A DNA stretch of 64,000 nt from Chloroflexota bacterium (GTDB lineage: Bacteria > Chloroflexota > Dehalococcoidia > Bin125): the NCBI GenBank assembly GCA_026705025.1, contig JAPPBN010000026.1, positions 74,446 to 138,445 on the forward strand. Reading direction: 5' to 3'. Positions 37,466-53,476 of the stretch are shown here, in pieces. The position numbers and the translations under genes are program-made. Below the pieces are notes generated by a model. The model did not search any database. It was not told the origin of the DNA and saw nothing but the letters and a program-made list of their open reading frames with translations. Positions within the stretch are counted from its first letter, which is position 1. Every line of letters begins with the position of its first letter.

Positions 37466-37755
37466 ATGAGACAGTGGCCGCCGGCCATGCAACTCATGGG
37501 CATCGGCTGGTACGTGGCTACGTGCATCGTGCTGGGCGTTGTCGGTGGAGTCCTGCTGGACGACGAGTTGGGCACGGGATTCGCGCTCACGCTCGTCGGA
37601 CTCGCTCTCGGTTTGGCTACGGCCGGCTGGGGTGGGTACCGGATGTTGCAAGATCTATTCGCCGCTCAAACGCGGCAACGACAAGACCAGGCAGAGCGGC
37701 GCCCTCCCTCCGAAGACGCGCCCGTGGACGATGAACAGGACGAGGAGGAGCGCGC

Positions 37756-37759
<4 letters not shown>
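37466..37759 (+). CDS. atpZ: ATP synthase protein I / AtpZ-like small membrane protein
   Basis: 97 aa; two TM helices; immediately upstream of and overlapping atpB. Confidence 0.65.
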
Positions 37760-39647
<1,888 letters not shown>

Positions 39648-39747
39648 CCTGACGCCGCCAGACCCCGCAGTGGAGCGCCGCCGGACGCTGGTCCAGCGGC
39701 GCAGCTGACGGGATTGGCAACCGGAACAGACTGATTGGCAGGATGGT

Positions 39748-40248
39748 ATGGACGCTCTCGGTCTCAACCTGGCCGGACTGATCACGCATTTCATCAGTTT
39801 CGGCATCCTGTTCGCGCTGCTGATCTTCCTGCTCTACAAGCCGCTCGGCCGGGTGCTCGATGAGCGGCGCAAGCGGATCGAAGAGGGTCTGACCGCGTCT
39901 GAACGCGCTCAGGAAGCGGCTGAGGAAGCGCGCGCCGAGGCGCGCGCCGAGATTCAGCAGGGCCGCGACGAGGCCCAGCGCCTGGTCGCACAGGCTCAGG
40001 AACTGGCGCAGCGGATCGAAGCCGAAGCGCGTGAAAACGCCGCGGGCCAGGCCGAACAGCTGATCGAACGCGCCCGCTCGGAAATCGAGCAGGAACGTGA
40101 TCAGGCCGTGCAACAGCTGCGCAATGAGTTTGCCGGCATGGCGATCGCGGCCGCCGAACGGGTGATTGAACAGTCACTGGATGCGGACGACCACCAGCGG
40201 TTGATTAGCGACGTGCTGGCCGAATCGTCCAGTGGACAGCAGAACTAG
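39748..40248 (+). CDS. atpF: F0F1 ATP synthase subunit b
   Basis: 166 aa; single N-terminal TM then a long charged coiled-coil. Confidence 0.85.
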   Translation: MDALGLNLAGLITHFISFGILFALLIFLLYKPLGRVLDERRKRIEEGLTASERAQEAAEEARAEARAEIQQGRDEAQRLVAQAQELAQRIEAEARENAAGQAEQLIERARSEIEQERDQAVQQLRNEFAGMAIAAAERVIEQSLDADDHQRLISDVLAESSSGQQN

Positions 40249-40257
40249 GAGCGACCT

Positions 40258-40797
40258 GTGGCGCTGAGTGATCCCGCTGCACGACGCTACGCCGACGCGG
40301 TGTTCGGCATCGCGCACGACACCGCATCTCACGATCGCTGGTTATCCGATCTTGAGGACATCGCGGCCTTGTTCAGCGAGCCGACGGTCAACGGGTTCCT
40401 CGTCTCGACCCGCGTTGCGCAGGCTGAGAAGGAGCAAGTGCTCGACAACGCGCTGCCCGATGTTCAGCGCGCTGCCGCGAACTTCGCCAAACTGCTCGTT
40501 CGCAAGCGGAGGGCCAACCTGGCTCCGCAGATCATTGAAGCGTTCCGCGAGCGCCTGAACAGTGTGCGCGGTATCGCCGAAGCGACCGTGACGACCGCCG
40601 TCCCGCTCTCTGACGACGCGCGTTCCGCCGTCGAAGAGGCAGTGCGGCGCTTCACCAACGCCGAGACCGTTTCGCTCAGCGAAACGGTTGATGGCCAGAT
40701 CATCGGCGGCGCCGTGGTCAAAATCGGCGACCGGATCATTGACGGATCCGTCCGCACGCGCCTGTCCACCATGCGCCGTTCGTTGGCGCAGGGTTAA
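40258..40797 (+). CDS. atpH: F0F1 ATP synthase subunit delta
   Basis: 179 aa; OSCP/delta family pattern. Confidence 0.85.
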   Translation: MALSDPAARRYADAVFGIAHDTASHDRWLSDLEDIAALFSEPTVNGFLVSTRVAQAEKEQVLDNALPDVQRAAANFAKLLVRKRRANLAPQIIEAFRERLNSVRGIAEATVTTAVPLSDDARSAVEEAVRRFTNAETVSLSETVDGQIIGGAVVKIGDRIIDGSVRTRLSTMRRSLAQG

Positions 40798-40819
40798 TCA
40801 CACCGAAGGAGTCAGCATT

Positions 40820-42346
<1,527 letters not shown>

Positions 42347-42399
42347 GCAACCGGCGGCGCGGTACCAGCTCAGAGGCATAGAGAGAGCGGCAACGGTCG

Positions 42400-43278
42400 A
42401 TGGCCAACACCCGAGAAATCCGACGGCGCATCCGTTCGGTCGAGAACACGGCCAAGATCACCAATGCGATCCAGCTCGTGGCGGCGTCCAAGATGCGCCG
42501 CGCGCAGGACCGCGCGCTCCAGGCGCGTCCCTACGCCGAAAAGATGCAGGCCGTCCTCGGACATCTCTCCGGTGTCGCCGGCGATCCCGACACCGCACAT
42601 CCGTTGCTGGAACGGCGCGAGATCAACGAGACCACCGTCATCCTGATCACGCCCGACCGCGGGCTCTGCGGCGGATTGATCGCCAATCTCGAACGCCACA
42701 CCGGCGAGATCGTGCTCGGACCCGAGGCCGGCGGCTCGGGCGACATCTCGATGATTCCGGTAGGCCGCAAGGGCGGCGATTACTTCCAGCGCTTCGGAAT
42801 CAACTTCCGCGCCAGCTTCCAGGAACTCGGCGACTACCCCGGACTGGCCGAGACTCAGCCGATCTCTCGCATCGCCATCGACGACTACACCGAAGGCCGC
42901 GTCGACCAGGTCCTGCTCGTCTACGCCTCATTCATCAATACCGTCTCGCAGGTTCCGGTCACGGTACCGATCCTCCCAGTCGAGCCGCCTCCCAGCGGCG
43001 AGGAATCGTCGGGAGAGACGCAGTACATCTTCGAGCCGTCACCGCAAGAGGTGTTGGCCGATCTGTTGCCGCGCTACGTCGACCTGCTGGTCTACCAGGC
43101 AGTGCTCGAGGCGGCCGCCTCGGAGCAGTCGGCCCGCATGGTCGCCATGCGCAACGCGACCGACGCGGCGAACGACATGATCGCCGACCTCACGCTCGTC
43201 TACAACAAGGCCCGCCAGGAGCAGATTACCTCCGAGTTGCTCGATATCACCGGCGGCGTCGAGGCGCTCAAGGGCTAA
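42400..43278 (+). CDS. atpG: F0F1 ATP synthase subunit gamma
   Basis: 292 aa; MANTREIRRRIRSVENTAKITNAIQLVAASKMRRAQ. Confidence 0.9.
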   Translation: MANTREIRRRIRSVENTAKITNAIQLVAASKMRRAQDRALQARPYAEKMQAVLGHLSGVAGDPDTAHPLLERREINETTVILITPDRGLCGGLIANLERHTGEIVLGPEAGGSGDISMIPVGRKGGDYFQRFGINFRASFQELGDYPGLAETQPISRIAIDDYTEGRVDQVLLVYASFINTVSQVPVTVPILPVEPPPSGEESSGETQYIFEPSPQEVLADLLPRYVDLLVYQAVLEAAASEQSARMVAMRNATDAANDMIADLTLVYNKARQEQITSELLDITGGVEALKG

Positions 43279-43281
43279 GTC

Positions 43282-43959
43282 ATGGCGTCACAGTCATCAG
43301 CGGCGATCTTCGACATGGACGGCGTCCTGCTTGACTCCGAGCCGCTGCACTACGAGGCCGTCCGCCAGGCTCTGGCCGAGCAAGGCGTCGACTTTCCATT
43401 CGACGACTACGCCCGCTATCTCGGCACAACGCTGACCAGCACCTGGGACGAACTCTGCGAGCGCTACCCGATTACGATGACGCTCGAGCAGTTCGAAGCG
43501 CGCTACAACGCCGACGTGCTCAAGCAGTATCAGGCCGGCGCCCCACTGATCCGCGGCGCGCGGGAGCTTGTCGAGCAGCTTCGCGAAGCCGGAGTGCCAA
43601 TCGCCGTCGCCAGCTCGTCACACCGAATGTGGGTCAACGCCGCGCTCGAAGGCGCAGGATTGAGCCACTACTTCGACCAGACCACCGCAGGCGACGAGGT
43701 CTCGATGGGCAAGCCTTCGCCCGAGATCTACCTCAAGGCCGCCGAGAAGCTGGGCGTTGACCCCGCCCGCTGCGTCGCCATCGAGGACGCACCCGCCGGC
43801 GTGGAATCCGCCAATGCCGCCGGGATGAAGGTCGTCCTCGTGCGCAGCGAACTCACCCAAGACCTCAATCTGACATCTGACTGGCAGGTCAATGACCTGA
43901 CCGAATTCAAACTCACGTGGTTGTCCGAGCCGTCCGCCGACCTGGTCGGCGCGGCCTAG
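43282..43959 (+). CDS. HAD-IA family hydrolase (beta-phosphoglucomutase/phosphatase-like) embedded in the atp operon
   Basis: 225 aa; motif I FDMDGVLLDS, motif II-IV present; lies between atpG and atpD with gaps of 3 and 24 nt. Confidence 0.8.
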   Translation: MASQSSAAIFDMDGVLLDSEPLHYEAVRQALAEQGVDFPFDDYARYLGTTLTSTWDELCERYPITMTLEQFEARYNADVLKQYQAGAPLIRGARELVEQLREAGVPIAVASSSHRMWVNAALEGAGLSHYFDQTTAGDEVSMGKPSPEIYLKAAEKLGVDPARCVAIEDAPAGVESANAAGMKVVLVRSELTQDLNLTSDWQVNDLTEFKLTWLSEPSADLVGAA

Positions 43960-45393
<1,434 letters not shown>

Positions 45394-45426
45394 GCTTGCA
45401 CCAACGACGTCTGAGGGGACGCCACC

Positions 45427-45870
45427 ATGCCGCTCACGCTCGAGATCATCACCGGCGAACGCCGCCTGTTGCGGCAGGAAGACGTCGACGAGGTCATTGC
45501 TCCCGGCTCACTCGGAGAACTTGGGATCCTGCCCAACCACGCCCCGCTCGTGACGTCGCTGGTCGCAGGCGAGCTGCGGGTCAAGACCGGCAACGAGGTT
45601 GAAGAGTTTTTTGTCAGCGGCGGATTCCTCGAGGTCCTGTCGGATGAGGTCACTGTTCTGGCCGACGCAGCCGAACATGGCTCGGAGATCGACGCGGAAC
45701 GTGCGGAAGAAGCTCGGCAACGGGCAGTTGAGCGGCTGGAGCAGGCCAGCGACGCCGATCGCGCGCGTGCGCAGGCTGCCCTCTCACGATCGCTCCAGCG
45801 ACTCCGGGTGCTCGAACATCGACGTCGGCGAGGCGGAGGCGGCCGGGACATGTCGCGGCCTACGGGCTAA
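45427..45870 (+). CDS. atpC: F0F1 ATP synthase subunit epsilon
   Basis: 147 aa; N-terminal beta-sandwich pattern with a C-terminal extension. Confidence 0.85.
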   Translation: MPLTLEIITGERRLLRQEDVDEVIAPGSLGELGILPNHAPLVTSLVAGELRVKTGNEVEEFFVSGGFLEVLSDEVTVLADAAEHGSEIDAERAEEARQRAVERLEQASDADRARAQAALSRSLQRLRVLEHRRRRGGGGRDMSRPTG

Positions 45871-45908
45871 CACGATCGGCGGGTCGACTCGGCAGGTACA
45901 GTCTCTGT

Positions 45909-47204
45909 ATGAGCGCTGCCGCCGAGCCCTGTTTCCGAATCAACGGATTGCGACGCCTCGACGGCTTGTTGCGCGTCAATGGCGCCAAGAACGCCGCGTT
46001 GCCCTGCCTGGCGGCTTCGCTGCTTTCCGATAAGCCATCCCGCTTGCGCCGCGTGCCCAACATCGAAGACGTGCGGCGTTTGCTGGAAATCCTCTCGTTC
46101 CTCGGCGTCGAATCGGAGTTCCATGACAATGAGGTCGTTGTGCGCCCGTCGGGCGTCTGCGGCGGCAGTCCGCCCGATGCGCTCGCTGCGGCGCTGCGGG
46201 CATCCTTTCTGGTCATGGGGCCACTGTTGGTTCGGACCGGTCTGGCCAGTTGCGGCACGCCGGGCGGCGACGTGATCGGTGCGCGCCCTCTGGATGTCCA
46301 TCTCGCCGGATTTCGGGCGCTGGGCGCCGAAGTCGAATCGGTGGGCGGTCGGACGATCGCGCGCGCGCCGCATGGCTTGCGTGGCGCCACCTTCGTGCTC
46401 GACTACCCGAGCGTTCTGGGCACGGAGAACCTGCTACTCGCCGCAACACTTGCGCTCGGACGCACGCGCCTGGTCAACGCGGCGATGGAGCCGGAGATCA
46501 TCTGTTTGGCCGAAATGTTGAACCGGATGGGCGCGAGCATTTCGGGCGCCGGTGGCCACACCATCACGATCGACGGCGTCGAGCGGCTAACCGGGGTCGA
46601 GCACGAGCTCATTCCTGACAGGATTGAGACCGGCAGCCTGCTCATTGCCGCTGCCGTGACGCGGGGACGGGTCTGTCTGCAAGGCGTCAGACCCGATCAT
46701 CTTGAGTCGCTCCTGGGCAAGCTCAGCGAGATCGGAGTGGACGTCAGCCGGGAACCATGGCAGCTGGACATCGCGGTCGAGGTCGACGCTCGTCTCACGG
46801 CTACCAACCTGCAGTCGCTGCCGTTTCCGGGGTTCGCCACCGATTTGCAGGCGCCGATGACGGCGCTACTCACTCAGGTCGAAGGCACGTCCGTGGTCCA
46901 TGAGCGAGTCTTCGAGAACCGGATGCAGCATCTCGATGAGCTTCGCAAGTTCGGCGCCAATATCATCGCCGGCGGCGCGGCGCCGGTTGTAATCGGGCCG
47001 ACGCCGCTAACCGGGGCTGTGGTTCGCGGAACCGACATTCGTGCCACGGCGGCGTTGATTGTCGCGGCGCTCGCGGCCGACGGCGAGAGCCGCATCTACG
47101 GGGTCGATCATCTGTCTCGCGGTTACGCGGATCTGGCCGGGCAACTGCAACATCTTGGCGCCGACATTGAGCTCGCCCGAAGCGCCGATACACTGACCAA
47201 CTGA
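45909..47204 (+). CDS. murA: UDP-N-acetylglucosamine 1-carboxyvinyltransferase
   Basis: 431 aa; GAKNAALP motif, EPT fold. Confidence 0.9.
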   Translation: MSAAAEPCFRINGLRRLDGLLRVNGAKNAALPCLAASLLSDKPSRLRRVPNIEDVRRLLEILSFLGVESEFHDNEVVVRPSGVCGGSPPDALAAALRASFLVMGPLLVRTGLASCGTPGGDVIGARPLDVHLAGFRALGAEVESVGGRTIARAPHGLRGATFVLDYPSVLGTENLLLAATLALGRTRLVNAAMEPEIICLAEMLNRMGASISGAGGHTITIDGVERLTGVEHELIPDRIETGSLLIAAAVTRGRVCLQGVRPDHLESLLGKLSEIGVDVSREPWQLDIAVEVDARLTATNLQSLPFPGFATDLQAPMTALLTQVEGTSVVHERVFENRMQHLDELRKFGANIIAGGAAPVVIGPTPLTGAVVRGTDIRATAALIVAALAADGESRIYGVDHLSRGYADLAGQLQHLGADIELARSADTLTN

Positions 47205-47240
47205 CTACGCTGAATGCACTGATCGGCCGAAGCGGAGATC

Positions 47241-48287
47241 ATGTTCCTCACCAAACGACTTGGTATCGATCTCGGTACCTCCCGTCTCAGAATTGCCGTG
47301 CCTGGCCGCGGCGGACAGATTGTGATCGACCAGCCCCCGGTCGTCACGCTGTCGACCCAGGAAAACGCAGTGCTCGCCGCCGGCAATGACGCCGCCAATA
47401 TGGTCGGCCGTGCGCCCGAGTCGGTCAGCGTGATCAATCCCATGCGCGAAGGCGTCATCGACGACTACCGAATCGTCGAAGCATTGCTTCGCTACTACAT
47501 GGGACTGGTCGTCGGGCGCTTCAACCTGGTGCGTCCGGAGGTGATGATTGCGACCCCGGCTGGAGTGACCAACGTCGAGCAACGGGCCGTGCGAGACGCC
47601 GCCGAACAGGCCGGCGCGCGGCGGCCGGCTCACCTGATCGCCAACCCACTCGCCGCCGCGATCGGCGCCGGCGTGCCCATGGGAGACGCGCGCGGCGCGC
47701 TGATCGGCAATCTCGGCGCCGGCCGCTCGGAGGCGGCGGTGCTGTCGATGTACGGAGTCGTGGTCTGGGAGTCGGCGCGAGTCGGCGGAGAAGTCGTCAC
47801 TGAAACCATCGCCGACCACGTCAAACGACGACACAGCCTGTTGATCGGCGAACCGACGGCGGAGGAGCTCAAGTTCGCAGCCGGCTCGGCGATCCCGGTC
47901 GAGGATCCGGTACGGGCCGAAGTGCGAGGCCGTGATCAGTCGAGCGGCATGCCCCGTAGCGTGACGATTACGGCAAATGAACTCGTGCCCTCTGTGCAGC
48001 AGGTGCTGCAGACGTTCGTCGAAGTGACTCGCAGCACGCTCGAGCGCACGCCGCCCGAGTTGACCGCTGACATCATCGACCGCGGCATGCTGCTGACCGG
48101 CGCCGCGGCTCGCCTCCAGGGGATTGACGCCTATCTCGCCGAACAGGTCGGGATTCCCGTCACCATCGCCGACAACGCGGAGGACGCGGTGGCCCTGGGC
48201 GCGGCGGAAGCGCTCGACAACCTCGACATCGTCGGGCCGAATCTGCTCGCTCAGGAAAGTGTGCTGGGAGCGGCCGAAGCGCGCTGA
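47241..48287 (+). CDS. mreB: rod shape-determining protein MreB/Mbl family
   Basis: 348 aa; actin-like ATPase, GIDLGTS phosphate-1 motif. Confidence 0.85.
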   Translation: MFLTKRLGIDLGTSRLRIAVPGRGGQIVIDQPPVVTLSTQENAVLAAGNDAANMVGRAPESVSVINPMREGVIDDYRIVEALLRYYMGLVVGRFNLVRPEVMIATPAGVTNVEQRAVRDAAEQAGARRPAHLIANPLAAAIGAGVPMGDARGALIGNLGAGRSEAAVLSMYGVVVWESARVGGEVVTETIADHVKRRHSLLIGEPTAEELKFAAGSAIPVEDPVRAEVRGRDQSSGMPRSVTITANELVPSVQQVLQTFVEVTRSTLERTPPELTADIIDRGMLLTGAAARLQGIDAYLAEQVGIPVTIADNAEDAVALGAAEALDNLDIVGPNLLAQESVLGAAEAR

Positions 48288-48308
48288 CCGACGAACCGAC
48301 TAGACCGA

Positions 48309-48983
48309 CTAGTTGGCCGTCACGTCAGCCTGGTGATCCTCGACATAACCGTCGAACGGCTCTTCGAGGTAGTAAGCCATGCTTTCGAGTTCCATGACGG
48401 GATCGATCTGGCGCAGACGCACGCCCTGGGGCACGCTCATCGTCACGGGAGCGTAGCTGAGAATCGCCCTGACGCCGCCGTCAACCAGGATGTCGATCAC
48501 GGACGGGGCCGCTTCGGCCGGGACCGCCACGATGCCCATCGCGACGCGCGTTTTCTGCAGGTACTCGGACAGCCTGGCGACATCGTCAACGCGATAGTTG
48601 TCGATCTTTCGGCCGATCTGACTCGGATCGGAGTCGAACACGCGCACAACCTCGAAGCCGCCCAGCTGGAATCCGCGATAGCCCAGTACCGCGCGCCCCA
48701 GCTGCCCCACTCCAACGAGCACCATCTCTTTGACCCGCCCGTTCAGACCGAGGATGCTGCGCAGCCGTTCCCTCAGGCTGAGGACCTCATAGCCGCGCCC
48801 GCGCTTGCCGAAGCGGCCAAAGTAGGACAGATCCTTGCGAATCTGAGCCGGCGTCACGCCAAGCCGACGGCCCAACTCCTGGGAGGAGATGAAATCGCGG
48901 CCTTCGCTCGCGAGCAGCCCGAGCTCGCGCGCATAGAGCGGCAGGCGGCGAATGACGATATCCGGGATCTCGATCTCGCTCAC
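48309..48983 (-). CDS. rex: redox-sensing transcriptional repressor Rex
   Basis: 224 aa; N-terminal winged helix (RLPLYARELGLL) then NADH-binding Rossmann domain (GVGQLG). Confidence 0.85.
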   Translation of the reverse strand: MSEIEIPDIVIRRLPLYARELGLLASEGRDFISSQELGRRLGVTPAQIRKDLSYFGRFGKRGRGYEVLSLRERLRSILGLNGRVKEMVLVGVGQLGRAVLGYRGFQLGGFEVVRVFDSDPSQIGRKIDNYRVDDVARLSEYLQKTRVAMGIVAVPAEAAPSVIDILVDGGVRAILSYAPVTMSVPQGVRLRQIDPVMELESMAYYLEEPFDGYVEDHQADVTAN

Positions 48984-49083
48984 TCGAACACTCTCGTTGA
49001 TGATTGCTTGCGGCTCAGACTACAACCGACCGCCCAATTGTCGGCCCGGTATTGATTGCGAGGATGTTGCGGCTGTTTGATAT

Positions 49084-50082
49084 CTATAACACACGATCAT
49101 CGGGCTGGCGCTCTCCGAAATCGTCGGCTCTCAGTGTGTCCAGCGTGCCCAGGTCGGCGTCCGAGACGTTGGCCAGGTCGACCGCGGCGATCTGATCTTC
49201 GAGTTCCGCTCGATTCTTGACTCCCGGGACGACAGTTGAGACGGCAGCCTGCTGCAGCGCGAATCGCGCCGACCAGCGGGATAGCGGAACTCCGTCTCGC
49301 TCCAGGAAACGCAGAGTCCGCGCTCTCCTGTAATCAATGGCTACGAGCGAGTCGGGCGGCACTGCGCGATCGATGGAGTTGGACAGAGCTCCGGCCGCGA
49401 GGTTGCGAATGCCGATCACGCCGATGCCCAGCTCCTCGGCCAGGGGCAGCAGCTGCCCGTGATCGTGCAGTGACGAGCCGTCAGGCAAGGGTCTGGCGTT
49501 CGAGTCGTTGAGCAGGTTGTAGTAGCACTGCACTGTGTCCAGCGAGCCCTCGCGCAACACCGTTCGGACGGAGCCGCCGTCGCCCATTCCGGTGACGCCC
49601 ACGTAACGAGTCAGGCCGTCCTGCTTGAGTCGATGCAGCGTGTCAATGGCGAGCATCGCGTCGGCCACCGAAACCGAGCGTCGATAGTGGCCCCGCGTCG
49701 GCGTAATCGTGTTGTGCAGCTGGAAGAGGTCGACTCGTTCCCGTCGCAGGCGTTCCAGGGACTCGTGGATGCCGCGCTCCACCGCTGCGGGAATGTCGGC
49801 CAGATCGTCCTCACTCAGGGCGACCTTCGTCGCCACCAGCATGTCGTGTCCGCGGCCTTGCGGAGCCTCGAGCAACGCGCGGCCCAGATTGCGCTCGGCC
49901 GCCCCGTCTCCATAGCTCGGAGCGACGTCGTAGAAGTTGATCCCTTCCGCCATCGCGAAGGTGATCGTCTCGGCAATCTCCTCGTCCGTGGTTTCGCCCC
50001 AGACGTGCCCAATCCCGCCGCCGCCCAGACCGATCTCGGAAACGACCAGCCCTGTCCGTCCCAACTTGCGGTATCGCATCAT
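49084..50082 (-). CDS. aldo/keto reductase
   Basis: 332 aa; MMRYRKLGRTGLVVSEIGLG N-terminus typical of AKR. Confidence 0.85.
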   Translation of the reverse strand: MMRYRKLGRTGLVVSEIGLGGGGIGHVWGETTDEEIAETITFAMAEGINFYDVAPSYGDGAAERNLGRALLEAPQGRGHDMLVATKVALSEDDLADIPAAVERGIHESLERLRRERVDLFQLHNTITPTRGHYRRSVSVADAMLAIDTLHRLKQDGLTRYVGVTGMGDGGSVRTVLREGSLDTVQCYYNLLNDSNARPLPDGSSLHDHGQLLPLAEELGIGVIGIRNLAAGALSNSIDRAVPPDSLVAIDYRRARTLRFLERDGVPLSRWSARFALQQAAVSTVVPGVKNRAELEDQIAAVDLANVSDADLGTLDTLRADDFGERQPDDRVL

Positions 50083-50177
50083 CGCCAGTCACTCCCTCTC
50101 GGCCGCTCCCGTTCAGCCCGTTCCGGTGAGGCTACCCGCGCTTCGGGCTACGGGCAGTCGCGAGGTAGAGTCTCTGC

Positions 50178-50861
50178 ATGCCCAGACCATCACATCTCAC
50201 CACGTGGCCGAGCCTGGCCGAGTTACCGTCCCTCTACCCCGACGCTCGCAACCGGATCAATCGCGGCCCCTACATGTATCGCGCAGGCAAGACGTGGCCG
50301 CTTCCCTCTCGGGTCGACACAGCGAACCGGATCGCAGTCCTCGCAGTCGGCAGCAACGCGTACCCCCGACAATTGTCGGACAAGCTGTCTGGAACGCCGG
50401 CGGATCTGCAGGGAATCCCGACCGTACCGGCGATTCTGTCCGATCTCGATGTGGCCTATTGCCCCGTCCGCTCGCGCAATGGGTACGTCCCGGTCACGTT
50501 GACGTCGCGGCCGGGCGCGGTCTGCCTCACCTGGCTTCAATGGCTCACCCTCGAACAGCTCAACCTGATCTCGTCGACCGAGGGGTCGCGATATGCACTG
50601 GTCGGAGGCTCGTCATTGGCGCAGTCTGCAATCATTCCGGCTCATCTGCGCCGCCCGGCCGCGATCTACGCATGGTGGTTCGACTCCCTGCTGCGCCGCG
50701 ACGGCTTCACCGTCTGGCTGGATGTCTACCGACGAGGAATCGAGCCGGATCTTGATCGGTTGGAGTCGAAGGAAAATGAGCTGCCGAGCGATTGGATCGA
50801 GGTACCCCGGACAGCCGAACATCACGCGATATCACAAGAAATTATGAGCGAAATCTGTTAG
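50178..50861 (+). CDS. hypothetical protein, gamma-glutamylcyclotransferase-like (AIG2-like) fold suspected
   Basis: 227 aa; AVGSNAYPRQL resembles the GGCT YGSN motif. Confidence 0.4.
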   Translation: MPRPSHLTTWPSLAELPSLYPDARNRINRGPYMYRAGKTWPLPSRVDTANRIAVLAVGSNAYPRQLSDKLSGTPADLQGIPTVPAILSDLDVAYCPVRSRNGYVPVTLTSRPGAVCLTWLQWLTLEQLNLISSTEGSRYALVGGSSLAQSAIIPAHLRRPAAIYAWWFDSLLRRDGFTVWLDVYRRGIEPDLDRLESKENELPSDWIEVPRTAEHHAISQEIMSEIC

Positions 50862-50896
50862 CATAATGAGCACAACACCATCGCTGGAGCCCACGC

Positions 50897-53365
50897 TTGG
50901 TTACTGAACAGACGGCGCCGGAGCAGCCCATCCGTACCCTCGTCGAGGAGATGAGTTCCTCATATCTCGATTACGCGATGAGCGTGATCGTCTCGCGCGC
51001 CCTACCGGATGTGCGTGACGGGCTGAAGCCGGTCCAGCGACGCATTCTTTATGCAATGGACGATCTCGGCATGCGGGCCAATCAACCGCATCGTAAGTCC
51101 GCTCGTATTGTTGGCGAAGTGCTTGGTAAGTATCATCCACACTCCGACCAACCCGTATATGACGCAATGGTACGTATGGCGCAAGACTTTTCCCTGCGTC
51201 ATACGTTGGTAGATGGTCAGGGAAACTTTGGATCAATTGATAACGATCCGCCCGCTGCCATGCGTTATACGGAAGCGCGGCTCTCGCGGATCGCCGAAGA
51301 GCTACTTGCCGATTTGGACAAGAACACCGTCGACTTCGCCCCCAACTTCGACGAATCGCTCAACGAACCGACCGTGCTCCCCGGCCGGGCGCCCAACCTG
51401 CTGCTCAACGGCGCCACCGGCATCGCCGTCGCCATGGCCTGCGACATTCCGCCGCACAATCTGGCCGAGCTCGGCGAGGCCGTCAAGACGCTGCTGACCA
51501 ACGACGCCGCCACGCTGGACGATGTGCTGCAGCACATCCAGGGTCCTGACTTCCCCACGGCCGGCAGCATCTTCGCCGGCGAAGACCGTGAAGACCTGCG
51601 GCGGCTATACGGCACCGGTCGCGGCGGATTCACCGTCCGGGCCCAGCAGCACCTCGAGGAAACGACCACAGGCAATCGCGTCCAGATCGTCTTTACCGAG
51701 ATTCCCTACCAGACCAACAAGGTCAGGATCATCGAGCAGATTGCGGCGCAGGTCCGAGACAAGAAAATCGAGGGCATCCGCGACCTGCGCGACGAGTCCG
51801 ACCGCCACGGCATGCGGCTCGTGGTCGAACTGACCAGGGACGGCCACTACCAGACGATCCTCGCCCAGCTCTACAAGTCGACCGCCCTCCAGGCGCAGTA
51901 CAGCGGCAACTTCGTCGCGCTCGTCGACGGCCGTCCGCGCACGCTGACGCTCTACCAGCTGCTGCGCGAGTTCATTCGTCACCGCCGACAGATCATCACG
52001 CGGCGGACGGAGTTCGATCTCGAGAAGGCACGCGATCGGCATCACATCGTCGAAGGACTGCTCAAGGCGATCGACAGCATCGACGCCATCATCGCCGCGA
52101 TTCGCGCCGCCGAGTCGGCCGAAGCGGCCCGCGATCGGCTGCAAGAGGATCCATTCGACCTGTCCCAGCGCCAGGCCCAGGCCGTGCTCGAGATGCAGCT
52201 CCGCCGCCTCGCCCAGCTTGAGCGGACCAAGCTCGAAGAAGAGTTCCAGGAGCTCACCGAGACGATCGAATACCTCGAGGGTCTGCTCGCCGATGAGAAG
52301 AAGATTGACGGACTGATCGCCGAGGACATGGACGAACTGGTCGAGACCTACGGCGAAGATCGCAAGTCGCGGGTGATCGAACGCTCGGTCGACAACTTCA
52401 GCCCGGCCGACCTCGTGCCGCACCAGTCCTCGGTCGTCACGCTCACTCGTCACGGCTACATCAAGCGCCAGCCGGTCGACGCCTTCCGCTCGCAGCGACG
52501 CGGCGGCAAGGGAGTCAAGGGCATCGAGCGCAAGAACGGCACCACGTCGGTCGAGGCCCCGCACCGACTGATCGCCTGCGACACACACGACCACCTGCTG
52601 ATGTTCACCTCGCGCGGCCGCGTCTACGGCCTCCAGGCTCACGAGGTCGAAGCCCGCTCCCGCGAATGGCGAGGACTCCCCGTGCGCAACGTCGTTGAGC
52701 TCCAGCTCGACGAGCAAGTCACCACGATCATCCCCGTCGAATCCTTCGAGGACGACTACATCATCCTCGGCACCAAGCATGGTGAAGTGAAGAAGACCCG
52801 GCTTTCAAACTTCAGGAAAGTACGGCGCAGCGGGCTGCTTGCATTCAATCTCCGAGACGACGATGAGCTGGTCGAGGCCGCCTTCGCCCATGCAGGCGAC
52901 GATGTGATCGTCACGGCCACCGACGGCCGCACGGTTCGCTTCGCCGTCAACGCCCTGCGCGAAGCCTCTCGGACCAGCGGCGGCGTTCGAGGCATCAACG
53001 TCGAGCAAGAGACCCTGATCGGCCTACAGACTGTCGAGCCGGCGTCAGAAATCCTCACAGTCACCGCCGTCGGCTTCGGCAAGCGCACTCCCGAGTCCGA
53101 ATACCCGACCAAGGGCCGAGGCGGCAAGGGCCTCAGTGGACACCGAGTCTCCGGCGAAACCGGCCCAGTCGTCGGCATGGCCGTAGTCCGAGGCGACGAG
53201 GAGCTGGTCGTCATCTCCGCCGGAGGAAAAATCCTCCGCACCGAAGTCCAACAAATCCGCCAGGTTGGCAGATCCTCCAAGGGCGTCAAAGTCATGTCCT
53301 CCGAAGAAGGAATCGCCGCCATCGCCGTCGTCGACACCAGCCGAGAGTTCGGCCAACGGACCTAG
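50897..53365 (+). CDS. gyrA: DNA gyrase subunit A
   Basis: 822 aa; [29 protein letters not shown], catalytic Tyr region, GyrA-box QRRGGKG. Confidence 0.92.
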   Translation: MVTEQTAPEQPIRTLVEEMSSSYLDYAMSVIVSRALPDVRDGLKPVQRRILYAMDDLGMRANQPHRKSARIVGEVLGKYHPHSDQPVYDAMVRMAQDFSLRHTLVDGQGNFGSIDNDPPAAMRYTEARLSRIAEELLADLDKNTVDFAPNFDESLNEPTVLPGRAPNLLLNGATGIAVAMACDIPPHNLAELGEAVKTLLTNDAATLDDVLQHIQGPDFPTAGSIFAGEDREDLRRLYGTGRGGFTVRAQQHLEETTTGNRVQIVFTEIPYQTNKVRIIEQIAAQVRDKKIEGIRDLRDESDRHGMRLVVELTRDGHYQTILAQLYKSTALQAQYSGNFVALVDGRPRTLTLYQLLREFIRHRRQIITRRTEFDLEKARDRHHIVEGLLKAIDSIDAIIAAIRAAESAEAARDRLQEDPFDLSQRQAQAVLEMQLRRLAQLERTKLEEEFQELTETIEYLEGLLADEKKIDGLIAEDMDELVETYGEDRKSRVIERSVDNFSPADLVPHQSSVVTLTRHGYIKRQPVDAFRSQRRGGKGVKGIERKNGTTSVEAPHRLIACDTHDHLLMFTSRGRVYGLQAHEVEARSREWRGLPVRNVVELQLDEQVTTIIPVESFEDDYIILGTKHGEVKKTRLSNFRKVRRSGLLAFNLRDDDELVEAAFAHAGDDVIVTATDGRTVRFAVNALREASRTSGGVRGINVEQETLIGLQTVEPASEILTVTAVGFGKRTPESEYPTKGRGGKGLSGHRVSGETGPVVGMAVVRGDEELVVISAGGKILRTEVQQIRQVGRSSKGVKVMSSEEGIAAIAVVDTSREFGQRT

Positions 53366-53476
53366 CCACCTTCACGCTGATTCCGAGTGCTCCCGCTCCC
53401 CCTCGCAGGCGGTGCGGCCGAAGGCTGAGCGGGTTCGGCTCCTTTGTCCCGTTCCCAATAGCTTGCCATCATTCCA

